Shown in pieces: positions 24,341-37,030 of a stretch of 64,000 nt of DNA. Each line of letters starts with the position of its first letter. Within the stretch, counting starts at the first letter, position 1. The translations under genes and the position numbers were made by a program. The notes below the pieces were generated by a model that had not been told where the DNA came from, did no database searches, and saw only the letters and a program-made list of their open reading frames with translations. The stretch comes from Psammoneis japonica (taxonomy: Eukaryota): positions 682,001 through 746,000 of the forward strand of contig QPGO01000012.1 in the NCBI GenBank assembly GCA_008632985.1, in the 5' to 3' direction.

Positions 24341-26593
24341 TCAGGTGGATCCAACAATGATGCATTTTGATGACAGAACAATGGTTGCATGTGCACACGC
24401 AGCAAACCCAAAAATCGAAACTAAAAAAAGACATGCCAAAATCAAATTTTCAAAATCATTGGGTGGAGAAGTGAAGCTGCTCTTTCTTCTGCATGCACCA
24501 TCTTGTTGCACTCCAGCAGATTGCAGCGACAACAACAACAATTGAAAATGTGGCTTTTGGGAGACACTCTTGCGGATTTCAAAGTGACAACACCTGCGTT
24601 GGCCGCTGGCATTGCCAAGGCTTCTGAATGCAGCCATTGCAGCCTGCCTTGAACCCAAGGCAAAATTGGCGCCTGAAGATGGGGTGATGCTGACAGCCAA
24701 CAATGCAGAATTGAAAATCACACATGGCAAAGATGCAGGAGGGTTGATGTGTGGTTGGTGATGGCACACAGGTTGATGCCATTGGAAGGGCTGGCAGCAA
24801 ACCACTTTGGCAACAACAAGCTCTCTCGAATTCCAAGTGCCCAGAGTCAACTGGAAAAGTGCACTTGATGAAAACACCCCAGACACTCCTGCGCAAAAGC
24901 ATTTTCTTGTGAAGGAGCCAAGTCCAACTTCCAGAATCTCAAGTCACTCACATGCTTGTACACATGAAGTCCATCTTCATGTCCTGCAACCTGCAACTCC
25001 CTCAAAGACAAAGACTTCAATGCAACAAAAGAGTCCAACAACCGCCAAGTGGAGGGTGGGTTTCCAAAGCCAGAGCAAACATTTTGACAAAGATGACCTC
25101 ATGCTTCTTGCACAAAATGAGTCAGGGGCAGAAGCAGGAATTTAAGTGCAGTCTTCCAGACTTTTCAGGGGTGTGCAAAGTTGAGCATGTCATCATGCAC
25201 GGTTCACACCAGCAATCAATCAATGGTTCATTCTTGGCACAGTGACTTGGGAACGGTCCATGGCAACCTTCAAGTGATGACAAGCCAAAGCCTCTGGGTG
25301 TCATGCAGCTTCATCTCAAAGCTGCACATTGGATCTGGGCACATCAGAAAGTTTAGACTGCTTGGTTGTTCCATGAAGCTTTGCATGGGATCAAGAATCA
25401 TCTTCAGCTTTCCTCTTTTGGAGGTCATCTGAGTCAAAAATCCCAGCGCACTTTGGAGCAGCTGCGCTGCACTGACAGCTCAGGTCAGCAGATTTGACAG
25501 AGTTGCAAACTGCTTCCTCAGCCTTTCCCAAGCTGTCTTTTGCTCTTCTTTGAAACACTCAACCGCCAATTTGCTGGTGTCATTTGACATGATGGTGCAA
25601 GTCTGAGCTTGCCGGACCAAACAAAACAAGAGACAGATTGGAGAGGCACAATGAGACTCCTGATCTTTTTGCTGCCTTCTGCTCTTTGGCACTTTCAAGC
25701 TCTCATGCAACAATTTCTGGTCCTTCCACTCAGCAGTGTTTTCATCCTTTAGAGCATCTGGTGCATCAGCTTCTCTACAAAATGTCTTGTGGCATTGGGC
25801 AACCTTCAAATGTTTTGGTTTGATTGGGTCTGGCGGCAGCACATCATCACAGAGACTGGTGGTTTGAGATCTTCTTTCCCAAATGACTCCCTTTCTTCTT
25901 CATGCCCGCTCACATTGACAGCTGTTGTGATGAAAAGAAGAAAAGCTTCAATTTCAAGGACAGGCAGGAAAGCTTTGGCATGAGGCAGGAGCAGCCATCA
26001 ACAATGCCATGGAGTGTTTCTCGAAAAGTGATTTGTTGGCAGCAATCTTGGCATGCATTGTGCAGAAGTGTGCACAGATGCCACCACTGCACGGGGAAAA
26101 AAGTGTCAAGAGCCAAAATCAAAAATTGTTCAATGAACAGACCAACAAAACCACACAATCGCACACATTTATGATGCCAAGTGCAGCAGCAAGAGCAAGC
26201 ATGTGCAGTGCATTGCCATGACACCTGCTTGTTGAGATTGTAGAAAAAACAATGTGGCATGTTTGACCAAAGCAACAGAACTTTCTGAGAACAGTTGTTT
26301 TGACAGATGATGTGCAACAGAGACAAAGGCATGAGGAAAGCATGGAAAGTTGACTCAGTCAGGGAGTGCAACATGCAGGAAATGGAAGGAGGCAAGAAGG
26401 TAACGCATCTGCTGCTGGCATGAGAGGCAAGCAAATGTTCTCATTCTGGCCCAAGTTTTGCCTGACAATGCCCCAACTTTGGAGGCTTTTGTCTTGACAG
26501 TGCTCTGGCAAAAAATGTGGCAGCATCATTTGACAGACAGTGCGTGACTCGCGCATCATAAAATGACTGAAATCTGGGAATCGCACTCACCAT

Positions 26594-26700
26594 GGGCCTG
26601 TTCCAGCCCCTGGTGATCTGCAATCCATCAAGCAAGATTTTCTGCACATTTTGCAGCACCAGACAATTTTGTCTCCACCCATCAGAGATCTTGCATTTTT
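26594..26700 (+). repeat. transposon terminus-like sequence, repeated at 63848-63960
   Basis: ggcctgttccagcccctggtgatctgcaatccatca..gcaaga..ttttctgcaca at both sites. It resembles the MITE end gacgcgttccagccctaggtggga. Confidence 0.6.
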
Positions 26701-27259
26701 GGGCTTTTGGCAAAATTAAATGTTGCAATGATTTTTGACGTGTTTGTCTCTGGCAACCAAGGTGTGCATTTCATTTCAGGAAGAACAGTGTCAGTTGGCA
26801 TTCAAGAATGTTGTTCTCATGATGCACTGATCAACACTGATGTCCACCTGCACTTGCAGCCCACGTGCACAACATCAGCCACAACACAGCACACTGCTGT
26901 TGCCACTCCACAGCACCCTCTTCACCCTTTCATTTGAAAGTCACATTGCCATCATCACAACACAATTGCAGCTCCATGCAGTCAATTTTGTTGCAGATGA
27001 CACCATCTCTTTGCATTTTCTTGTTTGCAATTTGTCACTGTTGACTTTGTGCATGCTGCTGTGGCTCATGTGAGACACCGCGCACATGCGTTTTTGTTCT
27101 TGTTGCTTTGCATGCCTCATTTTTTTGGCTGCTTTGCACTCATTCATTCCAAATTCTGCCAGACTTACATGCTCATCCCAACAATTTCTGAATGAGAGTT
27201 GTTGCTGTCTTCTTGAGCTTGTTTTGGTTTGTTTGCCATGATGCTTGCCAACCACATGT

Positions 27260-27547
27260 GGAGCTGCCTTGGAGGCTGCCTCTGTTCATTCACCTCACTT
27301 TTGTTGCAACTCACACACTGCCCCCCTCTCTCTGGAGTGCCTCTGTCAGAGGCACACAGAAGTGTGCACCCAGTGCACTTGTTCCACCCTGTTTTGGTTT
27401 GTTTGCTGCAATGCTTGCTGTTTGCGCTGTCAATCATTTGGCCTGGAGCCACCTTGGAGGCTGCTTCTGCTCATCCCACTCACTTTTGTGGCAACCAAGT
27501 TGTCTCCCTCTCTCTGGAGTGCATTTGTCATGCAAACAGAAGTGTGC
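27260..27547 (+). repeat. degenerate direct repeat (~105-bp core, ~185-bp period)
   Basis: ggagctgccttggaggctgc...ctcacttttgt...ctctctctggagtgc...acagaagtgtgc occurs twice. Confidence 0.7.
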
Positions 27548-29879
27548 CTTCAGCACAGTTGCCATGGACATGCCAGTTCCTGAAGCAGCCACCAAGAAAA
27601 GACTGTGGCTGGCAGAGTCTTCTGTTGTTTTGGTGGCAGTGCCCTTCAAACAAATGATTCTTCTGGGAGTCAAAGGTGTCCCCGCCTCATGTCAAGAGTT
27701 TCGTCAAATCAGTGGGCGGACATTGTTGTTCAAAGGCAGGTGACTCTAAAACTTGGTGCCGCCAACCTCTCCAAGCTTCAGCTGATCCCCAGATGTTCCC
27801 AAAAGGTCGTGCAGATTTGAGCTGCTTCTTGACCATGGAAGATCATGAAACCCAGAAGACCAGCCCCCCTCTCTTTCACCTTGTTCATGACAGGAATGGT
27901 GTGGATGTGTTCAAAGCTGCCAAACAACAAGGCCTGCTCCACAACCAAATTGCTGGTTGGCTTGTTCAAGCATTTGGCTGCAAGAGTTGACTGCAAATGA
28001 TCAGAGCATGTCTTGGTGAGAGGTGAGAGGTGCAACAATGTGTTGATGTTGGTTGTGGTGTCGTCAGGAGAATGTCAATCATCAGGGACACCATGAAGGA
28101 ACACATTGCTGTTGTTGTCTTGTTGTGCTGTGTCAAAAATGGAGTTGGCATGCATTTTGGTCAAGGGTGATGTGGATGTTGGCATCAAGGTGTGCGGGTG
28201 TGTGTGTGCAGGGGGGGTTGAAATCTCCTCCACCAAAATGATGGCCGAACTTGATCTTGACCAGTTTGCCATCTTTCTTGGGGTTGGTCATGCTGGAGGC
28301 ATGGAAAGTTTTGCATGCAGGCTCTCCACCATGTCATCTGCAGAGTTGGTCCGGGATTACAAATTGAAAATTTGCAGAGCCGGTGGTTCAGACAAAGGCA
28401 ACAGCAGAATAGATTGGGGTGCTGTTGGCCAAAACACAACAGAAACTTGTTCTTGTGACAGAAGAAGAACAGTGCAAAGGCCACAACCCATCAGATGGCA
28501 ACATGTCTGATGCCAGTCCAACAAGATGCCAGGACAGCAGCAATGAGGAACAGCAGCACCAGTGATGAAGGGAAAGTGAGCGGAGGAATTCGGAGAGAGA
28601 TCCAACCGCTGTCCATCTGCGGGTGCCATTGATGTCTGTGTATCCACACTCTGAACTTCGTGGCGAGCGGACGCGGAGCGGAGCGAGCGAGCGAGCACAC
28701 TGGGTGTGCATCCAGCACATCCAGCTCTCTCGGATAGAGCCGTCAACGCGACCATACCGGTACGCTTCGATGACGAGAATAAGAGCGGCGGTGAGCGGCT
28801 TAACTCTTTGTTTACCACTACGGATTACTACGGATTTTTTCGCGCGGTCGTGCGGACGCACATTTTTTTCACACCACACCACACACCACATCGACGCAAA
28901 CAGCCTTCATGATGTGATTGTCTTCGCCGTTGTGACAGAATCACCATAGTGGGTGATGTCTTCTATCGTCCAATTGCATTTTTGATGTTTAATAATGTGC
29001 TTCCTGTTGTTGCCGCTTCTTCTGCTGCAGCAATTTGACTACATTCAAAGCGTTACTGTTGTTCCGCTGTTTGAGACATTACAGCTATGAATTGTGCTTT
29101 GAATTATAGAAGGGGGGCGAAAGAGATGCAGGTAATCTTTTGCTTCAACACCAAAGTAAGTTACATTGCTGTCTCTTGCGTTGTTGTTATTTGTCACTCG
29201 ACACATTTCATGCAATGTCTTGGCATTACACACTAACGCGTGTTTCTGGCTGCGCTCATTTGTTGCGTCAGAATTAAAATAGAGAGTACAGTACCGTTGA
29301 TGGCGTGGCAGTAGACTATCACAGCAATACCTGTCGCCCGGATACAGGTGTCAGTGCTGTTACTACAGGAATGGCAAGGACACCTGGCACTTTTTAAGAA
29401 GTCGCTCTTCCTTTGGAAAGAACATTTTTGGAAACGGTTGTCGTGTTGATGCTGTTGGATTTGAAACATGGATGGGGGGGCGAAAGCGATAGATGCAGGC
29501 AAGCTTTTGTTTGCTTTTTTTAAAAGTAAGTTTATGTTGTCGTCTCTTCCGTTGTTATTTATTGCTCAATGCATTTCATGTTACACCTCGGCATCACGCG
29601 CTAAAGCATGTTCTTTATTTCTCGGCACTGCGCACCAACGCATGTTTGTCAACAACAACAAATAGCATATAGTAATAGGTCTTTAATTTTTAGCTACATG
29701 GAGTTATCATTTCACAGTCATGTACGAGCTTTCTTCTTTCAAGCTGGCTCCAGGACTCGAGTCTCCAAAGTCAAAGACAGGGCATTCTGGGCGACGGATT
29801 GCTTTTGAATCCTCAACTGCAACAAGCTAGTGTTTCCTTGTTGGGTTTCATAATCAACAGAACAACAGTGTTGTGTTGC

Positions 29880-30910
29880 AGGCTTACCCATTTGTTGACA
29901 TTCCACCAGATTTTGTCAGTAGGATGCCGAAAACAACAATGCCGATTCTGTCAGCCTCGGTCGGTCGTACCTGTCGCGATGCAAGAAATGCCGATAAGAG
30001 CCGGTGAGAAACCACGAATTGAAAACGCATCAAAAACACAACAACAACCCAATCCAAGCTATCATAATACACCTTACCATGTTAACAATCACCCAGTGTG
30101 GTGTCGGGGTGCAGTTGATTGTAATGACTCCGAACGTCGACGTGCCTTTCTGTTGTCTTTGTGAAAAGCAAGAACCAGTGGCACAAAAAGCAAGGGTTAG
30201 CTGAGGGAATGTGAAATGCGAAAAAGGACAATCTGACAAATTAGAACAATTGCATTGTGATGTGTGCTTACCTGTTTGTTTGAAATTCCACCAGAGTCCG
30301 TCCTGCCTTGTTTTCTTTGATCCGATCAGCGCAAGAAGCGACGGGTGAAACAGTCACAAATTTCTGACGGCGCTGGAGGTAAACTAGCGGCTGCAGGAGC
30401 CGCCCAGGACTCCAAATCAGCATCCTTCATGGCAGTGTCGAGGGAACTGAAGGTAAGTATGGAGACATGCTTGCCAACATCCACGCCCATCATGCCCATG
30501 CCATCAACGACCGTGATTTCGTACTGAAAAGCAAAAAACAGTAGCACGAAAAGCAAGGGTTAGCTGAGGGAATATGAAATGCTAAAAAGGACAATCTGAC
30601 ACTACAGAACAATAGTATTGTGATGTATGCTTACCTATTTGTTTGATATTCCACCAGATTCCGTCCTACAGACGACGAAACGACAACACCGATTCTGTTG
30701 GTTTCGGTCGGTCGCGCATGACACAATGCAAGAAATGCCGATACGACAGCCGGTAAGTGAAGACGTGAAAAAACAACGCCAACGCAACAACAAACCAAAC
30801 CAAGCTATGATAATACACTTTACCGTGTCAACGATCACCCCGTATGGCATGGGGGTGCTATCTGTTGTAATGACTCGGAACGGCGACGTGCCATGTTGGT
30901 TGTCTTTTTT
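29880..30910 (-). repeat. tandemly duplicated exon/intron-like units (possible pseudogene or non-coding spliced transcript)
   Basis: 30186-30306 matches 30549-30669, and ~29885-30160 matches ~30630-30905. Minus-strand GTAAGC donors at ~30634, ~30271 and ~29888, with CTAAC branch points. No long clean ORF. Confidence 0.6.
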
Positions 30911-31179
30911 GTTGGTGCTCTGCGTTGCGCAGCACGAAAAAAAAAACGCGCGCGTGTCGCTGTGGTAAACAAAGAGTTAAAGACTGACTCCTGTCAGAAG
31001 TGTGTTTTGACCAGTCGAAAGCTTGTTGCGACGCTTCTCTTTTTGTGCATGTTGTGTAAATCGCCATTGTGTGTGTGAATTCCAACCGAGATTTGACATT
31101 CACAAAGTGCCAGCGCGGATCGTATTCATATCTTATACGTCATCTTCTCGCTTCGCGTGCTCTGGGAGAGGGTTACCGC

Positions 31180-32232
31180 ATGAGAATCACTTTTGCTCGA
31201 TCCTTATTGCTATCCATTGCGGAAATAACAAATCCTGTGCATTCACTTGTTGCTGTGCCATTTCACACACAAATCAACAACAACAAGATCAGAAACACCC
31301 AGCAGCAACTGAGCATGAGTATTGTTCAAGGAAGCGACGATGCCTTGTTTGGTTGTATTGAGCGCATGCAGGGTGATTTGCCCTTTGGACACGTCTTGGA
31401 TGCAGGCACGGGAACGTATTCACTACGATGGATTGCATCTCTCAAAAAAGAGAAAGACATGACCGAGTTTACCGCCGTCACGGCCGATGAAACCATGCAA
31501 CGCAATGTTGAGGATCAAGCAAAAGAATTGGGGATTGAAAACGATGGCAGTGTTGTGATTGGAAATTGGTTTGGATGGAATTATCCTGTGCCAAAAGAAC
31601 CATTGTACGACGTTATTTTAGCAGACTACTTGATTGGAGCCATGGATGGGTTTAGTCCGTATCAACAAGACTTGATGATTCCAAAGCTTATACTTTCGCA
31701 CCTAAACCACGGTGGACGATTGTATATTGTCGGGCTCGAACCAATACCCGACAAGTCAGAAGACAAGGATGCCAATATTATCTGCAGAGTGCGACAAGTT
31801 CGTGATGCGTGCATCTTGTTGGCGGGACATCGGTGCTGTAAGTCTGAGACGAATGCCTCTATATGTTGATGATGAAGGCACGTGTTGTGGACTGTCATCT
31901 TCTCTCCCCTCTTTCTTACCTGCTTTTTTCTTCTTTCTCTAGATCGCGAATACCCCGTCGAGTGGGTAGAGCGACAAGTCAAACAGATACCCAATGTCAA
32001 GCTTGTAGAACGACCCTGCAAGTTTCCAATCCTTTACCGACATGGAACAATCTTGAAGCAAATCAATGTGGCGCGATCCAAATTTCCCTATTTCAAAAAC
32101 AAGGGCTTGGCTGACGAAATGGCCAAGGTTTTGGATGATTTGGAGCAACAATCCTATCAAGCTACACAACAGTCGCCAACAGGGTACATTTCATTTGGGT
32201 TTGATTATGTAGTTGGAGTTGAAAAGCTATAA
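31180..32232 (+). CDS. class I SAM-dependent methyltransferase (exons 31180-31837 and 31943-32232; alternative start 31315)
   Basis: Motif I 'HVLDAGTG', 'YDVILADYLIGA', 'LNHGGRLYIVG'. The GTAAGT...TAG intron joins HRC|YREYP in frame. Confidence 0.88.
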
Positions 32233-32249
32233 AAGAATGAAAACGGTTT

Positions 32250-34244
32250 CTACCAATCCCCACCGTATCCGTCGCCAGTCGCAAGAGCATCCTTGTGTCC
32301 ACCTGCCACACGTCGCGCATCCTTATCAATCTTTGGACAATTCAAAACCGTGTGACCCAAACCACCACAAAAGCTGCAACCACCACCGTCATTGTTGTCT
32401 CGGGGATCATCCAACATCATGAGCACGGGAGGAATCCGCTGTCGCGCTTCCTTGAGCAAGTGTTTCAAATCCAACAAGGTTGTTTCTTCACACGATTTGT
32501 TGATAAAGGTTGTCGCGACTCCCGTTTTGCCACATCGTCCTGTACGTCCAATGCGATGGACGTAGTTTTCAATCTCCGAAGGCATGTCGAAATTTATAAC
32601 ATGTTGAATATCGGGGAAGTCCAGGCCCTTTGCCGCAACGTCCGTCGCCACCAAAACGTCCTTCTTACCCTCCTTGTAAAGTGCAATAGCTTCGTTGCGT
32701 TCCTCTTGATCCTTGCCTCCATGAATACTGACAGCCTCGACGCCCTTGAGCAAGAGGTATTCGTGAATGTCATCGACATCACCCTTGCGTTCACAAAAAA
32801 TCACCACAGGCGGCGCTGTTTTTTGCAAACAATGAAGCAGGTAAACAATCTTCGCTTCCTGCTTGACATATTCCACTTCTTGAATGACATCCAAGTTGGC
32901 GGCACCGGCCCGACCGACATTGACCACGACGGGTTTGACGAGCGTCTCGCGCGCAAAGTCTTGAAACTTTTTCGGAAACGTTGCACTAAAAAGCAGTGTC
33001 TGGCGTTGATGGGGAAAGTAGTTCATAATTTCCCCCACCTCCTCATCAAAGCCCAAGTCGAGCATTCTATCGGCCTCATCTAAACAGATATAACGACAAT
33101 TCAAAAGATGGACCGATTTGCGTTTGAGAACATCCCGCAAGCGCCCCGGCGTAGCAACAATGGCATGAATTCCGTGCTGCTGAATGGGTGCCAATTGATC
33201 GCGGACCGATTCACCTCCAATCAGGAGTTGTGTACGCAAGCTGGGATAGGATTCTTGACTGGAAATGGCATCGCAAAAGCTCTTGACCACGTCATAGGTT
33301 TGTCTAGCCAATTCTCGACTCGGGGCTAGAATGATTCCAATCGGCCCTTCTCCCGGCAGTATGGGGAGACGCAACTCTTCTTCCAGCGCCGCCATGACCA
33401 GTGGCAACGAAAAGGTGATGGTTTTTCCCGATCCGGTAAAGGCAATTCCCACCATGTCCCGTCCTGCCAAGGCTACCGGCAAGCCCTGCATTTGAATCGG
33501 CGTGGGTCGCTTGATTCCTTTTTGATCCAAAGCATCCAAGACACACTGTGGAAACTTCATGTCACAAAAGCGCTTCATGGGTGGTGGCACATGCGTTCCC
33601 TCCACTTCCATGTGCCACTCTTGACGAATCTTTTCCCACGCCTCCGGACCCTGCTCTAATATATACCGCGGTGCCGTCCATGTAGACGGCATGGATTCGG
33701 TATAAATGACACCCTTGGCCAATTCCGAAGCCGCCTGGAGCGCATTTGTCTGAACTTGAGATGCTTCCTTTAGAATGCGCGATTCTTCTTCCTGACGATG
33801 GAGTGCTTGTCGTTCTGCTTCAGACCGTGACGACTGCAACGCGGCGGCTTGTTCCAATAACGAAGCAGCGGCTGCCTGCGTTTCTTCCAATTCCTGTTGT
33901 TTCTTAGCTTCCTCGTCTTCTTCTTCTACATTTTCTACTTGCTGTTGCTCTTCTTCTTCATCATCATCTTCTTCATCTCTTGCTGTTGTTGTTGGCTTGC
34001 TGACACCCAGTGCTTGAAGTTGTTTTCGGTGTTTTGCCTTGCTACTTTTAGACGACGCCATGAGCAAGGCCTCTTGTTCCAAGCGTCGACGCTTTGCCAC
34101 TGAAACATACGGTACATAATCACCGCTAATCGAAATTTCCTCTTCCTCTGCTTCTTGTTCTTGTTGCCGCTTGCGCTGACGCTCCAACTTTTTACGCTTC
34201 CATTCTTCTACTTTTCGTTTTTCTTCTGAATCCGACAAGCTCAT
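32250..34244 (-). CDS. DDX41: DEAD-box RNA helicase DDX41/abstrakt (plant RH35 type)
   Basis: Q motif PTPIQMQG, AFTGSGKT, PSRELA, DEAD, SAT, HRIGRTGR, N-terminal 'YVPYVSVAKRR', C-terminal knuckle CSFCGGLGHTVLNCPK. No introns. Start taken as MSLSDSEEK at 34244. Confidence 0.95.
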   Translation of the reverse strand: MSLSDSEEKRKVEEWKRKKLERQRKRQQEQEAEEEEISISGDYVPYVSVAKRRRLEQEALLMASSKSSKAKHRKQLQALGVSKPTTTARDEEDDDEEEEQQQVENVEEEDEEAKKQQELEETQAAAASLLEQAAALQSSRSEAERQALHRQEEESRILKEASQVQTNALQAASELAKGVIYTESMPSTWTAPRYILEQGPEAWEKIRQEWHMEVEGTHVPPPMKRFCDMKFPQCVLDALDQKGIKRPTPIQMQGLPVALAGRDMVGIAFTGSGKTITFSLPLVMAALEEELRLPILPGEGPIGIILAPSRELARQTYDVVKSFCDAISSQESYPSLRTQLLIGGESVRDQLAPIQQHGIHAIVATPGRLRDVLKRKSVHLLNCRYICLDEADRMLDLGFDEEVGEIMNYFPHQRQTLLFSATFPKKFQDFARETLVKPVVVNVGRAGAANLDVIQEVEYVKQEAKIVYLLHCLQKTAPPVVIFCERKGDVDDIHEYLLLKGVEAVSIHGGKDQEERNEAIALYKEGKKDVLVATDVAAKGLDFPDIQHVINFDMPSEIENYVHRIGRTGRCGKTGVATTFINKSCEETTLLDLKHLLKEARQRIPPVLMMLDDPRDNNDGGGCSFCGGLGHTVLNCPKIDKDARRVAGGHKDALATGDGYGGDW

Positions 34245-35310
34245 GTTGTTGTTACGTGTACAGAGGTAAGGTAAAGGTTGCTTAAGAACACTTGTAAAAG
34301 AGGATACAGTACCAAAAGGGCAGAGCAGAATAAGATAGTGATGTTGTTGATTTTGTTGCTTGCTGCCTGATGCCAGAAATGAGAAAGAGACTTCGGCAAT
34401 TTTTTCATGTTCGTGGCCGGTTAAAGGAAAAGAGAAAAAAAGAGGGGAATCAACCGTTGAACACACACACACAATTGACCATGCAACCATGGCCAGAGTT
34501 GCACTGGCTTCTTTTGATCCAGGGTGGTTGCTGCAGGTGCAAAGAGTGGGGCACATTGCAGTTGCAGGAGGGTGACAATGTGGCACTGAGTGTGTGCCAC
34601 CAGGCTGAGCAGCCCAGCTTGGGTGTCAGCCAAGCCCTGCCAGGCCAGCTGCCCTGGCTCCAGCTGCTCTTCCCAGTGTGCGTGAGTTGTTGAAGGAGCA
34701 CCACATTGACTCAAAGGCTGTGTTTTAAGCAGGGCAGAGAGAAAAAAACTGTTGTCTTGGCTGGTGCTTGCTTCAGACCCTGCATCATGAGCGCAAGCTC
34801 CTCTTGAGAAATGAGCGAGAACAGCCATTTTTGGTGCCTCTCTTTGGTTGCCCACTTGGCATTGCCAACAAATCTTGAACCAAACTTCACTCACAGTTTC
34901 TTCACTCTTCAACCACAAAACCAGGTTCAACTTTTTGTTGGCTTCTTTGTGGCTGGGGTCGCTGTTGCAGGCACAAATGGTGGGCACATGCCATGTGGCT
35001 GCTTGGCAACAAGAATGTGATGCCAAGCATGTGCTGCACACCAAGGAGCCAAGCAGCCCAGCTTAGCTTTGAATGGAGCCCCAGGACAGCAGCCAACTCT
35101 GGGTGATCTCAGCATGGTGTGCTTGTTTGGGCTGTGCTGCACTCACCCCACAGTGCTCTGTGTTGTGGTGGCTTGTTGTGCAAGCCGTGTGGCTGAGGAG
35201 CCAGCAGCCAGCCAGGGCCCATCTTGCAAAGGCCACACATGTTGACCCTGTGCAAAGCTGTGTGAGGGGGCAGGCACAGGGATTTGCAATGATGGCTTCA
35301 CAGCCATTGG

Positions 35311-35530
35311 CCCCAAGTTGGCATTTGATTGGGAGCCAGTGCTGAGGGGCTGTGAAGTGTGGGGTTGGGAGCCCAGCCAGCTCGCACTCTCTTTGTTGTC
35401 ACAAAGTGCTGCCACAGCTGTCTTTGCATTGCAACCAGCCAGGTGCGGTTGACCCCAAGTTGGCACTTGATTTGGAGTGACTGCCAAGGAGCTGTGAAGT
35501 GTGGGGTTGGGCAGTCCAGCCAGCTCACAC
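35311..35530 (+). repeat. degenerate direct repeat (~142-bp period)
   Basis: ccccaagttggca(t/c)ttgatt...gctgtgaagtgtggggttggg...ccagccagctc occurs twice. Confidence 0.7.
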
Positions 35531-36816
35531 TCTTTGCTGACAGCAGAAAGCGCTGTCGCAGCTGTCCTTGTGCACACATGGCCAGAGCAGCCTTGGCACA
35601 TCCTGCTGACAAAACTGACAAAGACAGCGACTCTTGTGGTTGAGCCACTCAGCACGCAGGAGATCTGGGCACACTCCTGGGAAGTCAAACAGGAAGGAGG
35701 GCTCAGCATTGCCGCCAGTGCCAGGCACAAATGTCAGCTTGTCTTGAGAGAGATTCGAGCCCACACAGCCCCGCGTTGGGCATCTTTGCTGGCAAAATGG
35801 AAAGCATTCTTGAGCACATTCTGGCATGTGGGCAGCACTGTCGCCAAGAGGGCTGCTCTGCAGAGGAAGAGGGAAACAGGCAACAACATTTTGCAAGAAC
35901 TGTTTTGTGTCAATGGTCGGGTGGGATGTGGCAGCATCTGGACTTTGATGGAGCATTTGGCGGACAAAGCTTGAGCACAGAGAGTTGTCCACTCAAGCTC
36001 CACAAGTGGCACTTTCCAAAGGTGACACCACACATGGGCCATGTGTTCATGCATCAACATGCCTCAAGCTGCAAGTCACATAAAAAAACCACCACCAACC
36101 TTTCAACCAACCACCATCATGGACAGAACAGGTCAAGAGGTTCAAAACAAGAGCGATTCATTGACTCTCTTCTGGTTCCATGCATTCAAGAGCTTCTTGT
36201 CCTTCTCAAATGTTTGTTGTGCATTGTTGTCTCTTTTAATTCAAGTGCAAAGAGGAGTCACTTTTCTTGTTTCCATCTCTTGAGATGTTGTTGGTTGTTG
36301 AGTGATGCAATTTTTGTTGTCACATTTTTGGAAATGTTGGCAAACCCGATCACTGCTTGATTGTCAACCCATTTACTGTTTTAAGTCTCCATGGCATAAA
36401 ATGCCATAATTCCAGAGCCCTCAATTGTTTCATCAAACGCAGTGCTTTGAAACACGTCCAACATCAACTCGACTCAGTTGAAATCCCAGTTTGTGGGCGA
36501 TGAAAAATCACGAATGTCAAACAAATGGCTACTTTCGACATCAAGATCCCCGAGTTCAATCCAAATGTGACGGTACGCCTCACAGCTTATGGCCATGACA
36601 CATACAAGCATGCCTCATTGTTGTCATCGCGTCGAGTACTCGTATCGAAAATGCCGATAGATCAAAGTTCAGGAAAAGGATGGAATACAAATTCATTTGT
36701 GTATTCATTAGTGGCATTGGCGTAATGATATTTACGGCAGAAGCAATCTAAAATCCTTATTCATCATTGACATTTCTGTATTGCTCAGATTTTGAAATCT
36801 GACCACTACCGTTAAG

Positions 36817-36934
36817 CATTTAGCTGTCTTTGTATGGAAGTGGAAATGACACTTAACGATTTACACTAACCATTTAGCTTTCTTTGTGTCGAAGTGGAAA
36901 TGACACTTAACGATTTACACTAACCATTTAGCTT
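36817..36934 (+). repeat. 54-bp tandem repeat, 2.2 copies
   Basis: catttagct.tctttgt.t.gaagtggaaatgacacttaacgatttacactaac at 36817 and 36871, partial copy at 36925. Confidence 0.9.
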
Positions 36935-37030
36935 ACTTTGGCTCGAAGTCAGACAAGGAGATTGGGCTATGGGCTTATCGTTAACCAGCCACGAGCATGA
37001 AATCTTTACCGAGACTTCCAACTTGTTGTT

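Noticed and set aside
25480..25842. Possible Copia gag remnant ('AWERLRKQF')
   Set aside because: Only a short resemblance, with no LTR, PBS or pol sequence nearby that I could support.
32295..33329. Long plus-strand ORFs opposite DDX41, and similar antisense ORFs over other genes
   Set aside because: These are antisense shadows of real CDSs.
34245..34586. N-terminal extension of DDX41 in the 778-aa ORF
   Set aside because: It runs into TA-depleted DNA where stops are eroded and has no helicase-like character. ATG 34244 fits better, and the duplicated fragment ends just upstream of it.
34420..36360. Many overlapping 100-200-aa ORFs here and in 43300-45300, 49700-51200 and 57735-61600
   Set aside because: They are Tyr-free, Cys/His-rich and present in all frames, consistent with stop-codon loss. 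No recognisable domains.
36817..36934. CRISPR-like array
   Set aside because: Contiguous 54-bp tandem units with no unique spacers, no cas genes, and a eukaryotic context.
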